From assembly GCA_964483295.1 (NCBI GenBank), contig CAZAAD010000004.1:10782-74781 (forward strand): a DNA stretch of 64,000 nucleotides. The letters are read 5' to 3'. Shown piece after piece: positions 9,850 through 19,900 of this stretch (position 1 is its first letter; the number at the start of each line of letters is the position of its first letter). The position numbers and the translations under genes were made by a program. The stretch is from an uncultured Gammaproteobacteria bacterium. Its GTDB lineage: Bacteria; Patescibacteriota; Patescibacteriia; Patescibacteriales; UBA12465. Below the pieces are notes generated by a model, which was not told the DNA's origin, made no database searches, and saw only the letters and a program-made list of their open reading frames with translations.

Positions 9850-9958
9850 AGGATGTTTAGCTTAAAATCAGCCGGCTTAACAAACCGGCAAACATTAGTG
9901 AATAACTCTAACTTTCCTTCATCTTAGGACAAACGCCAAGAAAAATCAAGGCTCGACC

Positions 9959-9987
9959 TTTACAAAAACGCCATTTTTATTTATAAT
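9959..9987 (+). promoter_or_regulatory. sigma70-type promoter for clpP
   Basis: TTTACA (9959-9964), 17-bp spacer, TATAAT (9982-9987), 26 nt upstream of the clpP ATG. Confidence 0.55.
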
Positions 9988-10013
9988 GAAGCTATTAAAA
10001 TTTTTATACAAAT

Positions 10014-10592
10014 ATGCCATTAATACCAACAGTTATTGAAAAAGAGGGTCAAGTAGAACGTGCCTATGATATATATTCCCGTCTTTTAAAGGATAGAATC
10101 ATATTTTTAGGCGAACCAATAGACGATCATGTCGCTAATATTGTCATTGCTCAATTCCTATTTCTCGACGCCCAAAATAAAGACCAAGATATCAAATTCT
10201 ACATTAATTCCCCAGGCGGCTCCGTGAGCGCTGGCTTGGCGATTTATGATACGATGCAATATATCAAGTCGGACGTTTCGACGATTTGCGTAGGTCTAGC
10301 CGCTTCTATGGCCTCAGTCTTGCTCGCCGCTGGCGCCCCTGGCAAACGTTTTGCTCTACCTAATAGCGAAGTGATGATACACCAAGTCATAGGTGGAGCC
10401 GAAGGTCAGGCCTCTGATATTAAAATTCGCGCCGAACATATCCTAAAAACAAAAGCGAAGATGAACAAGATTCTAGCTTTCCATACCAAACAAAAAGAGG
10501 CGACGGTAGAAAAAGATAGCGACCGCGACAATTTTATGTCTGCCGATGAAGCTCTAAAATACGGCATCATTGATAGAATCATCAAAAAATAA
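10014..10592 (+). CDS. clpP: ATP-dependent Clp protease proteolytic subunit ClpP
   Basis: [45 protein letters not shown] and MIHQ motifs. Confidence 0.96.
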   Translation: MPLIPTVIEKEGQVERAYDIYSRLLKDRIIFLGEPIDDHVANIVIAQFLFLDAQNKDQDIKFYINSPGGSVSAGLAIYDTMQYIKSDVSTICVGLAASMASVLLAAGAPGKRFALPNSEVMIHQVIGGAEGQASDIKIRAEHILKTKAKMNKILAFHTKQKEATVEKDSDRDNFMSADEALKYGIIDRIIKK

Positions 10593-10601
10593 ACAATACA
10601 C

Positions 10602-10634
10602 AAAAACACCGCCTATAACTGGGCGGTGTTTTTT
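10602..10634. terminator. bidirectional rho-independent terminator between the convergent clpP and exoprotein-island genes
   Basis: Stem caccgcc / ggcggtg (10607-10613 / 10622-10628), flanked by an A-run on the 5' side and a T-run on the 3' side. Confidence 0.8.
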
Positions 10635-10650
10635 AAAATTTAATTCATTT

Positions 10651-11691
10651 TTATTGAACTCGGAAAGTATCAATCATCATCTGATAAATGTTTAGATATG
10701 CCAAGCGGGTACCAATAACGGGGATATAAGAAACGGCATAAATATTTTGTTTCTTGCTATCGGTAAGATAAAAATTTATCCCATCTTTGCTCATAACGCC
10801 CTCCCAGCCATTACCATTTTTAAAACGACCATAGGTATCTATTTCGCTAGAGAAGGTTTCTGCATACCAATCTGCAATCGCTTGATTGTGTGGATTATCC
10901 TGAACAGAAACCTGGAAAAGAGAATTATCCGGCGCAGAAATAATTAAAGTATAACCATTATTTAAAGATTGCTTAGTCCAAGAAGCAGGATATAAAATTG
11001 AGAATTTACTAATTGTATCTTGGTGGACTGCTAACGATGAACTTTCTTCTAGTCTACCCGCTCCAATCGGGTTATAGCCACTTTTAATTTCTGCTAAATC
11101 TAAATAGCCATCCTGATCAGTATCAATTTCTGTGACTATCGTCCTCATGACCACCTCCTCATCATCAGTTAAACCATCGCCATCTGTATCCAAAATTGGT
11201 GTCCATAAAACTTCTTCAACGAGCCCCTCTTCTGGCATTAATTCTTCATTTATTGCTTCCGAAGAAGAAGTAGCGACGTTTTCGTTAGCGGGCGCGCTAG
11301 CTGGATCTACCACCTCTATCGGTGTGGTTGAGGAAGTTGTAGCAGTTTCCGAATTAGCGGTTTCTTCAGTAATTGGCGTTGACACAACCGGAGTCTGAGT
11401 AGCTACTTGATTTACTGGATTATTTTCCGCCTGGGGTTTAATAATAAAACGATAACTTAAATAAATTAAAGCCCCTACTAAAATAATACCTAGGCCAATA
11501 ATTATCGCCCCGACTGATTTCACATTACTTTTTTGTCCGCCTGAACCAGAAAATCCCTGTCCAGAAAGAGTCGGCGCCGAAGAACTGCCCAAGCGAGATC
11601 GATTAGGCATGTTGTGGACTATTAAATCTTGATCAACCTTATTAATAGTCGGGGCACCATTTTCTGATTGAGAGTTCTTCTTATTAAACAT
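10651..11691 (-). CDS. single-pass membrane protein with thrombospondin type 3-like Ca-binding repeats and a C-terminal globular domain
   Basis: N-terminal low-complexity region, TM helix (VGAIIIGLGIILVGALIYLSY), acidic S/T-rich linker, then DTDGDGLTDDEE and DTDQDGYLDLAE repeats. The ATG at 11691 (MFNKKN...) is preferred over the TTG at 11757. Confidence 0.65.
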   Translation of the reverse strand: MFNKKNSQSENGAPTINKVDQDLIVHNMPNRSRLGSSSAPTLSGQGFSGSGGQKSNVKSVGAIIIGLGIILVGALIYLSYRFIIKPQAENNPVNQVATQTPVVSTPITEETANSETATTSSTTPIEVVDPASAPANENVATSSSEAINEELMPEEGLVEEVLWTPILDTDGDGLTDDEEVVMRTIVTEIDTDQDGYLDLAEIKSGYNPIGAGRLEESSSLAVHQDTISKFSILYPASWTKQSLNNGYTLIISAPDNSLFQVSVQDNPHNQAIADWYAETFSSEIDTYGRFKNGNGWEGVMSKDGINFYLTDSKKQNIYAVSYIPVIGTRLAYLNIYQMMIDTFRVQ

Positions 11692-11693
11692 AA

Positions 11694-11855
11694 TCAAATT
11701 ATGAGCAGAAACAGAATAATTATTATCAGCAACATCACTCCGCCTAAAATGAACCAAGCTTTCATGCTTTTCTCACTAGTTTTTGGCATAGCATGAATAC
11801 CTAAAACTGGCTCGTTTTCCTTAATTATAGGAGCCTGATTATCAGCTTTAAACAT
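11694..11855 (-). CDS. possible 53-aa single-pass membrane mini-protein (below the ORF-track cutoff)
   Basis: ATG at 11855 to TGA at 11694 gives MFKADNQAPIIKENEPVLGIHAMPKTSEKSMKAWFILGGVMLLIIIILFLLII. It has the same 'MF..., xHxMPxxS, then TM' layout as the two flanking genes. Confidence 0.35.
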   Translation of the reverse strand: MFKADNQAPIIKENEPVLGIHAMPKTSEKSMKAWFILGGVMLLIIIILFLLII

Positions 11856-11886
11856 AAAAAGTCTATAGTAAAATCATCCTGACTAA

Positions 11887-12645
11887 CTACTGAATGTTGC
11901 CCGGCAGCTTACCGTCCCCATTAGGATTATAACCGCCCCTAACTTCTGTACCATCAGGATAACCATCCCGATCAGTATCAACCACTAAAGGATTGGTCTT
12001 GTATATTTTTACTTCCTCATAATCAGACAAACCATCATTATCAGTATCAATAATATTAGGGTTAGTTCCTAAAGCAGCTTCCTCGTCGTCGGTTAAACCA
12101 TCGCTATCAGAATCTACTGGAACAGCAGGTAACGCTGGGGTTGTTATTTCCTCCTCGCCAGCACTGCCTGGCTCTACTGCGTCTGAAGACGAACTATTCT
12201 CACCCGGCATGACCGGCAAAAAATCAATAAACTCATTATCGGTTGCTGTTTCAGTGGTTGAAGCGGAGACGGTATTACTCTCTTCAATTTCGCCCGTTGT
12301 GGTTGCTTCGGTAATATCGGAATTCACCACTTCGTTTTCTATCGGCAGAGCCTCTAAATCATCGCCTTTAAAAAATTTACTATACGCCAAATAACCTAGC
12401 AGTCCTAAAATTATTACCGACATCATAATAACAGCTATCATAAAACCTTTGCCGCCTTTTTTTTCTGGCTGCTCAGAATTAACATCTAATAAAGAACTAG
12501 AAGGAACGGCTGAATTAGTGCTCTGCGGCATGGCAACCGAACTTCTCATTGGTGGCTGGTTATCAACGGCCTGATCAGTATCGGCAAAAATATCATCAAC
12601 CTGAGAACGGCCCGACTGGTTTTGGTTTTGCAAATTTTCAAACAT
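11887..12645 (-). CDS. single-pass membrane protein with three thrombospondin type 3-like Ca-binding repeats
   Basis: TM helix (FMIAVIMMSVIILGLLGYLAY), acidic linker, then DSDSDGLTDDEE, DTDNDGLSDYEE and DTDRDGYPDGTE, ending GGYNPNGDGKL. Confidence 0.65.
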   Translation of the reverse strand: MFENLQNQNQSGRSQVDDIFADTDQAVDNQPPMRSSVAMPQSTNSAVPSSSLLDVNSEQPEKKGGKGFMIAVIMMSVIILGLLGYLAYSKFFKGDDLEALPIENEVVNSDITEATTTGEIEESNTVSASTTETATDNEFIDFLPVMPGENSSSSDAVEPGSAGEEEITTPALPAVPVDSDSDGLTDDEEAALGTNPNIIDTDNDGLSDYEEVKIYKTNPLVVDTDRDGYPDGTEVRGGYNPNGDGKLPGNIQ

Positions 12646-12672
12646 ATTTTTAACTGAGTTTATTATTTATAT

Positions 12673-12701
12673 ATTATAGCGGATGATTTGAGCCGCGACA
12701 A
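12673..12701 (-). promoter_or_regulatory. internal sigma70-type promoter upstream of the 252-aa TSP3 (thrombospondin type 3) repeat gene
   Basis: On the minus strand: TTGTCG (12701-12696), 17-bp spacer, TATAAT (12678-12673). Confidence 0.45.
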
Positions 12702-12729
12702 ACAAAACTTAATAATTTAACCAGATAAA

Positions 12730-13014
12730 TTATTTTACCTCTGCCGGATTAGTCACCACGTCACCTTCTTCACGGATAATCTTATAAACCTGGACCTCGC
12801 CAGTTTCGCCTCTTGTTAAAACCTGGATTTGAGAATCAGCTGACAAGCCAAAAGCCTCTTTTTCTTGTTGATTCATAAACTCTGGCTGATAACTATTGAC
12901 CACGTCGGTATTAAAATCTGAAGCGCGCGGCTTGTTAATCATAGTAATTACTATAATCAACGCCAACACAGCTAATGTTATGGCCACAATGATATATAAC
13001 CTTTTTTTATTCAT
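12730..13014 (-). CDS. small single-pass membrane/exported protein, function unknown
   Basis: 94-aa ORF with an N-terminal TM (LYIIVAITLAVLALIIVITMI), tightly packed 33 nt downstream of the 1310-aa gene. Confidence 0.5.
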   Translation of the reverse strand: MNKKRLYIIVAITLAVLALIIVITMINKPRASDFNTDVVNSYQPEFMNQQEKEAFGLSADSQIQVLTRGETGEVQVYKIIREEGDVVTNPAEVK

Positions 13015-13047
13015 ATCTTAAGAAATTAATATAAAGAATATTAAAAA

Positions 13048-16000
13048 TTATTCTTCAATCACCTCAATAACACATAAACCATCAGAACAAGTTTTTCCAG
13101 TCGGACAAGGACAGCTGGTACTACAAGGACAATCATTATAGGTTTTATTCCCGCGTTTACAGGTTTGGCCACAAAACTCTTGCGTACCAATCATATTTTT
13201 ATCACACTTCCCATCGCCGCAAACATGTGAATATGTAACTGAATCACAATTTTTCTGACAATACGTATTAGTCCCGTAATAATATTGACCATTGTAGGTT
13301 GGTTCAACGCCTACATTAATATTATTTACACCATTATCACATTCTTCTCCCGGAACAGCATATCCACTTTGATTATATATATTGGGCTGAAGGATGCCAT
13401 CGCCACACCAACCACCAAAAGGAGAACAATAGCCGTTAATTTGAGCACAATTATAATGATAGGTAGGACTACTAGTTTCCGGTGAATAAGCACATTCCGA
13501 GCTACAAACGCAAACTGAATTACCTGACACTTGTTGGCAAGTCAAACCTGTCTGACACTGACAGGTATTACCGCCACAACTATCAGTGCCACAGTATCCG
13601 GCCGTCGTCGGGCAAGTAGGAATACAGCTACCACCGACTCCACCACCGGAAGCAGGCGCCTGACAATCAACATAAGCATCGGAACCAACAGGGGAGGTAT
13701 AATTAGCCGGGCAAGATGTTGGCGCAGTAGCCCCAGCTGCACAATAATTATTACTAGGACACAGGGTACAGCTTGTAGCGGTACTAGAATCTGATTTATA
13801 TGTTCCCGCTGGACAAGTTAAACAAACGCCGGAAGATAAATATTTTCCGGCAGGGCAAGTGGTTGTGCTTGGCGCTATTGTTGCTTGCAGCGGTGTCGGC
13901 ACGCAAACACCATTAGTTTCTACCCATTGGCAAACATCGCTGTAATCACAACTATATTTATTAGGCAACTGATCGCAATCAGAAACTACATCTTCGCTTG
14001 TTTTATTAATACAATAACCACCAATTCCTTCGCAGGTAGAGCCTGAAGGGCAAGGAGTAGTGGTTGAACAGGCCGCCGGCCTTAAGCACTGGCCGCTGAT
14101 ATTCATATAACCATCCTCAGCAATACTCCCTAAAGTCGTGCGGCATTTATCCGCTACGCAACGCTTAATAGTGCGGTCTCCATAACAAGTAATCTGTCGA
14201 CGATCATCCCAGCCCGCAAGTTCTGTATTATTTTTTTTACAATCATCTCCTCCACTTACTGTAGTTATGGCGCTAACACGACTATTACAACCGGAAGGGC
14301 AACTAGCTAACGATAGACTACTGGCACTTGAACACATCGGATTATCTAATCTGATAACACTATATCCGATACAATCTTTTTTAGCATTCTCCATGTACTT
14401 AGTATCGTCGCTTCTTGAAGGATAGCAAATTTTAACACTCGCCTGCGTATCGCCGCAGCCAACTAAATTTGTTGAACTGAACGTAGCGGTTTGATATTCA
14501 TTTTTCACTGATGACATCCAAACAGCATAAGTTCCGGGTCTAGTAGCGTCCCCAGACGAGATTCTAACCGTATTTACAGTCTCATTTCTATCCCAACACT
14601 TAACCTGGCAAAGATTATTGACGCAATCATAACCCGTAGGACAAGGGTTGGCGCCGGAACAGGCAATATTAGTTGTTCCTCCTGTGTCTGGTGTGGGCAA
14701 AGAGGGTGGTTCACCGAAATAACTTGGATCACAATCATATTTACAGTTAGACATGTTTTCATACTGTGTCTGACAATATAAGTCGCCACAATACCCGCCG
14801 CCTTCAAGTGGAGACTTAAAGACACAATAGTTATTACTATTTATCGGATAGGGTGGCTCTTCACTAATATTGTTAACAACCGGTGTACTGCAAGCATATT
14901 GATTCTTATAATTACTCGCTTCTGCTGTAGTTACTATATTACTCGTACCGTCACAAGCCTCATAACCATTATTAAAGACACCGCCACGCCCTTCAGTATT
15001 AGGATCCTGTGTCACGCCATCACCACAATAGTTATTAACTCTTAAAACAAAACTTTTAACCGTTGGACTACCATATTCATTTACAGCCTTAATCCGTACC
15101 TCTTGGCCAGTGTGCAAAACAGTCGTTTGCCCTGATAGATAAAATACACCAGGCTCAGCAATGGGATCTTCCACAATTGTTAAGCCTGTTGGCAAGGTTC
15201 CTTCACTTGAATAGGAAACAAAATGGTTGCCCTGGTTTCTAATACCAAGACGACACTTATAGACGTGGTTTAAACGAGATTGGGTTTCACAATTAAAATC
15301 AAGTGTCGGCGGATCAATCTTAACTCTAATCACAAAATTACTAGAAGCGCCGTTGACTGTTAATCTATAAATAGACTCCTTGTCTTCAGTGAAGACCCCA
15401 GAAGTAGAAGTTGATATGATTCCCTGATAAGAAATCTTCTGACGATTAATACCATCAGCTGCTACTGAGCGCACAATTCCAGGGAATCTTAAAATATCTA
15501 TACCTGATAATAAATCTAGGGAATAGCTTGGAGTAGAGGTGTCTCCAGAAACATAAAAACTAAAACTAAAAGGAATGGTCTGATCAAGACGATAAGTATA
15601 CTCATCTGCCTGCCCAAAGGCCGCAGTGGGAGCAATGATAATATTACTGGTAGTAGCACTGCTACTTCCCTTACTATCGGTTACTGTAATAGTTATCGGG
15701 TATGACCCCGCATTACCAGCTTGCTCTGCGTAAATCTTTTTTTGATTAACATCGCTCACGCCTTTAAGAATTGGAGCGGCTGACCAACCAGCCCAGCCAC
15801 TACCCGTAGAAATTGACCAAGTAATTGGATCGCCTTCATTATCAACGGCACGGGCAAAGCCATTAAATTCTCGACCAGTAACTCCCTTTAAGGCTAGGTC
15901 CACTATTTTTGGAGCGGTATTAGTTAAGTTGCCAGTCGCCATAATACCGGTAGCGGTTACACAGTTATCATCGTTCACTCCTGGCTCTAAGCGATAACCC

Positions 16001-16980
16001 AAAGCCGGATTAGAAGCATCTCGACTCTCCATGATTGCGCACAGACTATAAGTAGACCCGGCTTGATTGGCAGTATAAGCTAAAGCATAGCTATTAGCTG
16101 GCAAAGCTAAAGCCGGACCGGCGCCAGTAACAAATTGTTTACTCGTAGCGTTCCAACAAGTTTTAGCGTCGTATCCAGAACAGGCACCAAAACGATTAAC
16201 CGGATCAACGATGGGAGTCTTAATGCCAATAGCTGGTAAGAAAACCTCATTCCAACTCGGCCACAAAGAGGTGGTTTTCCCTGGTAAATAAGTACCAGCT
16301 GCTAACAAAGGATAAACACCGTTTACCTCTTTATATTTCGCCAGACCTTCTCTTATCTCTTCAATTTTACCGATTCTTTTTAAGTCACGGATAACCATGG
16401 CCTTTAAGCTGCCACAAAATAAACCAGTCGGGCAGTCGCCATCAACGACGCAGCTCTTTGGTTCTTTCAATAAACAAGTACCGTTCGCTAATGAACAAGT
16501 TTGATTGGTAGAACAATCAGAGTCTTGAGCACACTTAGTTGCAGAAATAGAACAGGTTGATACTTGATCAGATAAATTATCATTAAATTTCCAATGAGAA
16601 ATGATTTGTCCTAAAATATCAGTCGTTTTACTGCTAGAATCCTGATTATAGGAAATCAAATAAATATTGGTGTAGATTATTTTTTGTGCCGAATCAACAT
16701 GCGCAGCATTAATATAAACAGTGCGACCATCACGCAAAGCTTCATAACCATCAACGGTTAGCGCTTGTGGTGCGCCAGAAAAACCCTGGCTTTGATACCA
16801 ACGGTAGACGCTATAGTGATTAGGATTAGGAATAATGCGAATACCAATAGCATCACTCTCAGATTTGACCTGAGAATTTGCACTGTTGCTAGAAAAAAAT
16901 AGAGTTCCAGCAACTAATAGAACGGCGACGGCCAACAGGCCAGTAACCATTCTGGTTTTATTAAATTTTTGATTGGCCAT
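13048..16980 (-). CDS. giant (1310 aa) cysteine-rich secreted/anchored protein with an internal type IV pilin-like head region, Ig-like repeats and CGDG...ECD repeats
   Basis: N-terminal signal anchor (MVTGLLAVAVLLVAGTLFF) and ~80 Cys by hand count. RDLKRIGKIEEIREGLAKYKEVNGVYP...VDPVN...YALAYTANQAGSTYSLCAIMES is pilin-head-like. YCGDGVTQ...EACDG and WCGDGILQ...EECDNG are Myxococcus-type Cys-rich repeats. Confidence 0.8.
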   Translation of the reverse strand: MANQKFNKTRMVTGLLAVAVLLVAGTLFFSSNSANSQVKSESDAIGIRIIPNPNHYSVYRWYQSQGFSGAPQALTVDGYEALRDGRTVYINAAHVDSAQKIIYTNIYLISYNQDSSSKTTDILGQIISHWKFNDNLSDQVSTCSISATKCAQDSDCSTNQTCSLANGTCLLKEPKSCVVDGDCPTGLFCGSLKAMVIRDLKRIGKIEEIREGLAKYKEVNGVYPLLAAGTYLPGKTTSLWPSWNEVFLPAIGIKTPIVDPVNRFGACSGYDAKTCWNATSKQFVTGAGPALALPANSYALAYTANQAGSTYSLCAIMESRDASNPALGYRLEPGVNDDNCVTATGIMATGNLTNTAPKIVDLALKGVTGREFNGFARAVDNEGDPITWSISTGSGWAGWSAAPILKGVSDVNQKKIYAEQAGNAGSYPITITVTDSKGSSSATTSNIIIAPTAAFGQADEYTYRLDQTIPFSFSFYVSGDTSTPSYSLDLLSGIDILRFPGIVRSVAADGINRQKISYQGIISTSTSGVFTEDKESIYRLTVNGASSNFVIRVKIDPPTLDFNCETQSRLNHVYKCRLGIRNQGNHFVSYSSEGTLPTGLTIVEDPIAEPGVFYLSGQTTVLHTGQEVRIKAVNEYGSPTVKSFVLRVNNYCGDGVTQDPNTEGRGGVFNNGYEACDGTSNIVTTAEASNYKNQYACSTPVVNNISEEPPYPINSNNYCVFKSPLEGGGYCGDLYCQTQYENMSNCKYDCDPSYFGEPPSLPTPDTGGTTNIACSGANPCPTGYDCVNNLCQVKCWDRNETVNTVRISSGDATRPGTYAVWMSSVKNEYQTATFSSTNLVGCGDTQASVKICYPSRSDDTKYMENAKKDCIGYSVIRLDNPMCSSASSLSLASCPSGCNSRVSAITTVSGGDDCKKNNTELAGWDDRRQITCYGDRTIKRCVADKCRTTLGSIAEDGYMNISGQCLRPAACSTTTPCPSGSTCEGIGGYCINKTSEDVVSDCDQLPNKYSCDYSDVCQWVETNGVCVPTPLQATIAPSTTTCPAGKYLSSGVCLTCPAGTYKSDSSTATSCTLCPSNNYCAAGATAPTSCPANYTSPVGSDAYVDCQAPASGGGVGGSCIPTCPTTAGYCGTDSCGGNTCQCQTGLTCQQVSGNSVCVCSSECAYSPETSSPTYHYNCAQINGYCSPFGGWCGDGILQPNIYNQSGYAVPGEECDNGVNNINVGVEPTYNGQYYYGTNTYCQKNCDSVTYSHVCGDGKCDKNMIGTQEFCGQTCKRGNKTYNDCPCSTSCPCPTGKTCSDGLCVIEVIEE

Positions 16981-16991
16981 AAAGAAAAAAA

Positions 16992-19900
16992 TTATCTAAC
17001 CACACAGGCGCCTGCTACACAAACCTGATTTTCAGCACAGGCTATCTTAGTAATCATTATTTCATTTGATTTTGAACTTTCATTTCCGGCGCTATCCAAG
17101 GAAGACAGGGCAAAATAATTAGCACCATCACTTAAATTATTGGCCGTTAGTGACAGCGCTGTTGCTCCTGATTCAGAATCAAAAGATTCTCCATAGGCAG
17201 CGCTGCGCGTACCCCGATACAACCGGAAGGACGAAGCACTAGGATCGGTGTGGGTCCAAGTAAAGCGATATGAGTCACATTTATTAACAGAGGTTAAACC
17301 TGATGGAGCCAGAGGTGCTGTTTGATCAGTCGGGATAGCCGACTCCATATTGCTAAGTGTGCTTTCGGTACGATTAGCAGAAATAACAGAAATACGGAAA
17401 GAATAGGCTTGATTATTTTTTAAACCAGAGATAGTCGCCGCACACGCAAATGCGGTGCCATTCCAATCGCAAGCATCTGTGGCAGTAAACTCCCGAGAAA
17501 TACTAGCTGATTTACCGGTTTCACTATAATAAACTTTAAAAGAAATAGATTGAGCGCTACTCGAACTCCACTCTACTAGAATCTCGCCACCGGTTTTTTT
17601 ATCAGTAGCGGCTGTTACTTCCCCAGCTGGCAAAACCTCTTCTCGGAAAAAATATGATTCCTTTAAAACATTCCAAACACAAATTCCATCAACTAAACCA
17701 TCGCCATTACGATCAGTGCCACAAGCCGAACCAGCCGCTGAACAAGCGGAGCCATCGGCACTGCAAGCTAAAGTCGTACTCTGCCCTCTAATAACCGCTC
17801 TATCAATAATGGCAGGCAAATCATCAACAGTGCCTGGTTGTCCAGCATCACGACAGTAATAAAATTTATAACTAAAGTCCGTACATGGTCCACCTAAAGC
17901 GCCGTTACATGTATCCGTCCAAGGAAACCAAGTGCCATCACTATTAACTGGCGGCCAAGGATTATTACAAATAAAGACGTAAATATTGCTAGCTTTAGAT
18001 AAATCATCACCTATTGAAAAAGCGTTGGCACAATTTTGTGTACAAGTAGCATCAGAACAAACACAGCTAGGACTATAGTCGGGATTATTCAAGAAACGCT
18101 CCATACTTATAGTCGCCGTTAATTTAGTTTCACCGTCAGTAACACCGCTAGCGGCCGCAACAAAGGCACGATTCATCTCTAAACCATTGATGTTTGTTAG
18201 AGAAGCAATAGAAGTATCTAAAATATTAAATTTCCACTCCCAGAAATAACCAGTAACCGGCTGCAAAATCTGATTGTCGGCACTAAAAGCCCAGGCGATG
18301 AAAACCTTATCTTTATCTTGAATAGTATCAAATGTTTTATCGGTCGGATTATCATCCTTCTCTACCAAACTATTATCCGTAGTTTTAAACAAATAGGAAG
18401 CCGGTAATAATTTAACCGAACTAATGGCGCAAACTCCGGAATTAGTTGCCTTATCTGATAAAGTTTTAAACTGAATAATATGAGAATTTTTGTAATAGGT
18501 GGTATTAAAAGCTAAACCAGCTCCCTCTAGTCCGTCTAGCCCGGTACCATTTAAACCAATGCCATCAACACTAGTTACTCCGAGCTGACTGTTTAATTCC
18601 TCATCTCCTTTAACAACTAGGAAATAGTTAGTGTCTGGAGACATTAACTGCCGTGGCATAATGTTGGCAACGGTCATACTACCACTATGACTACCAGAAA
18701 CAATTACTGGCGAGGCGCAATATAATTTACTCGGACTTGGCGGCACAGCAATCGCGCTTTCCTGGTTTGGGAAAAATACAGCTACTAACCTATTAACCGA
18801 CAGCCTGGCCTGAGAAAATAATTTTGTAAACCAGCTATCTTTTTTAAGTTGATTATTAAAATCATAAGCCATTGTCCCCGATGGGCAGACTCCTGAACCA
18901 TAATCCATTTCCTTAATCAATAAAATATTAGGACCAAGAGTAGTTATGTCCATTAATTGGTCAAAGGTGACACTCAAAACAGCATTGCGGCAAATATTAT
19001 TAGCACCATTAACCGGTAAAGTTTCTAAAACATTAGGACGTGCCTGACAACAAGTATCAGCTCCGCAACCAATGGTTTCCGGATTACCGCAATCACCATC
19101 ACTTTTGCAACCACAGCATAAACCACGACTCGCTCCGGAACAATTACCCTGATCGGCTTTACAATATAAATATGGCGCCTCTTCTGTTTGGCAAGCAGTG
19201 GGATTAGACGGACTGCAACAACAGGTACCGCAATCCGAGATACTGGTAGCTGCAGCGCCGCCATCAACTAAGCAGGCCATGCCCGGATAATTACAAACAC
19301 TAAAATCACAAGTAGCCATCATGTAGGGCGATGAACAATTTTTACCAGCACCGCCATAATTGCCACTGCAACGAGTTTGACAAGTAGTTAGACTATTAAA
19401 AGTTCCAGTCGTTCTTGGGATAGCTTCGCAAGTAGCAGGATCGCCTGGTGGCGTCGCAGCCGGGTCGCCACAATTATAGTAGGCGCAATAACCCGCATCG
19501 GCCCCAGAAGCAATTTGTTCTCCGCCTTTACAAGTAGAAGATGTTTGGTCAAAGCAACAAGAAGGCGCGGCCGTGCATTCATCTTTGCGGCCATTAAATA
19601 AAGAACAGAAATCTACGCCAGCAGTACAACCAGTAGTACAAGCATCAACATCTTTAAAATAACCAAGCTTCACTGGCGTTGAAGAAGCGCAGCTAGTTGA
19701 GTCGGTAGCTGAACAATTAAAGTAGCCACAATAGCCATAATCCGGACTAGCGGGATTACTAGAAACTGCTGTACCAGAACCGCCACGACAAATATCATCA
19801 TCTAACGACGGAGTTCTTCTAGCATCAAAGCAACAAGCCGCACTATGATCAGCGCATGAAGACTGAGTCTTTAAGCCAGTACAGTCAGTACAAACTCCTT

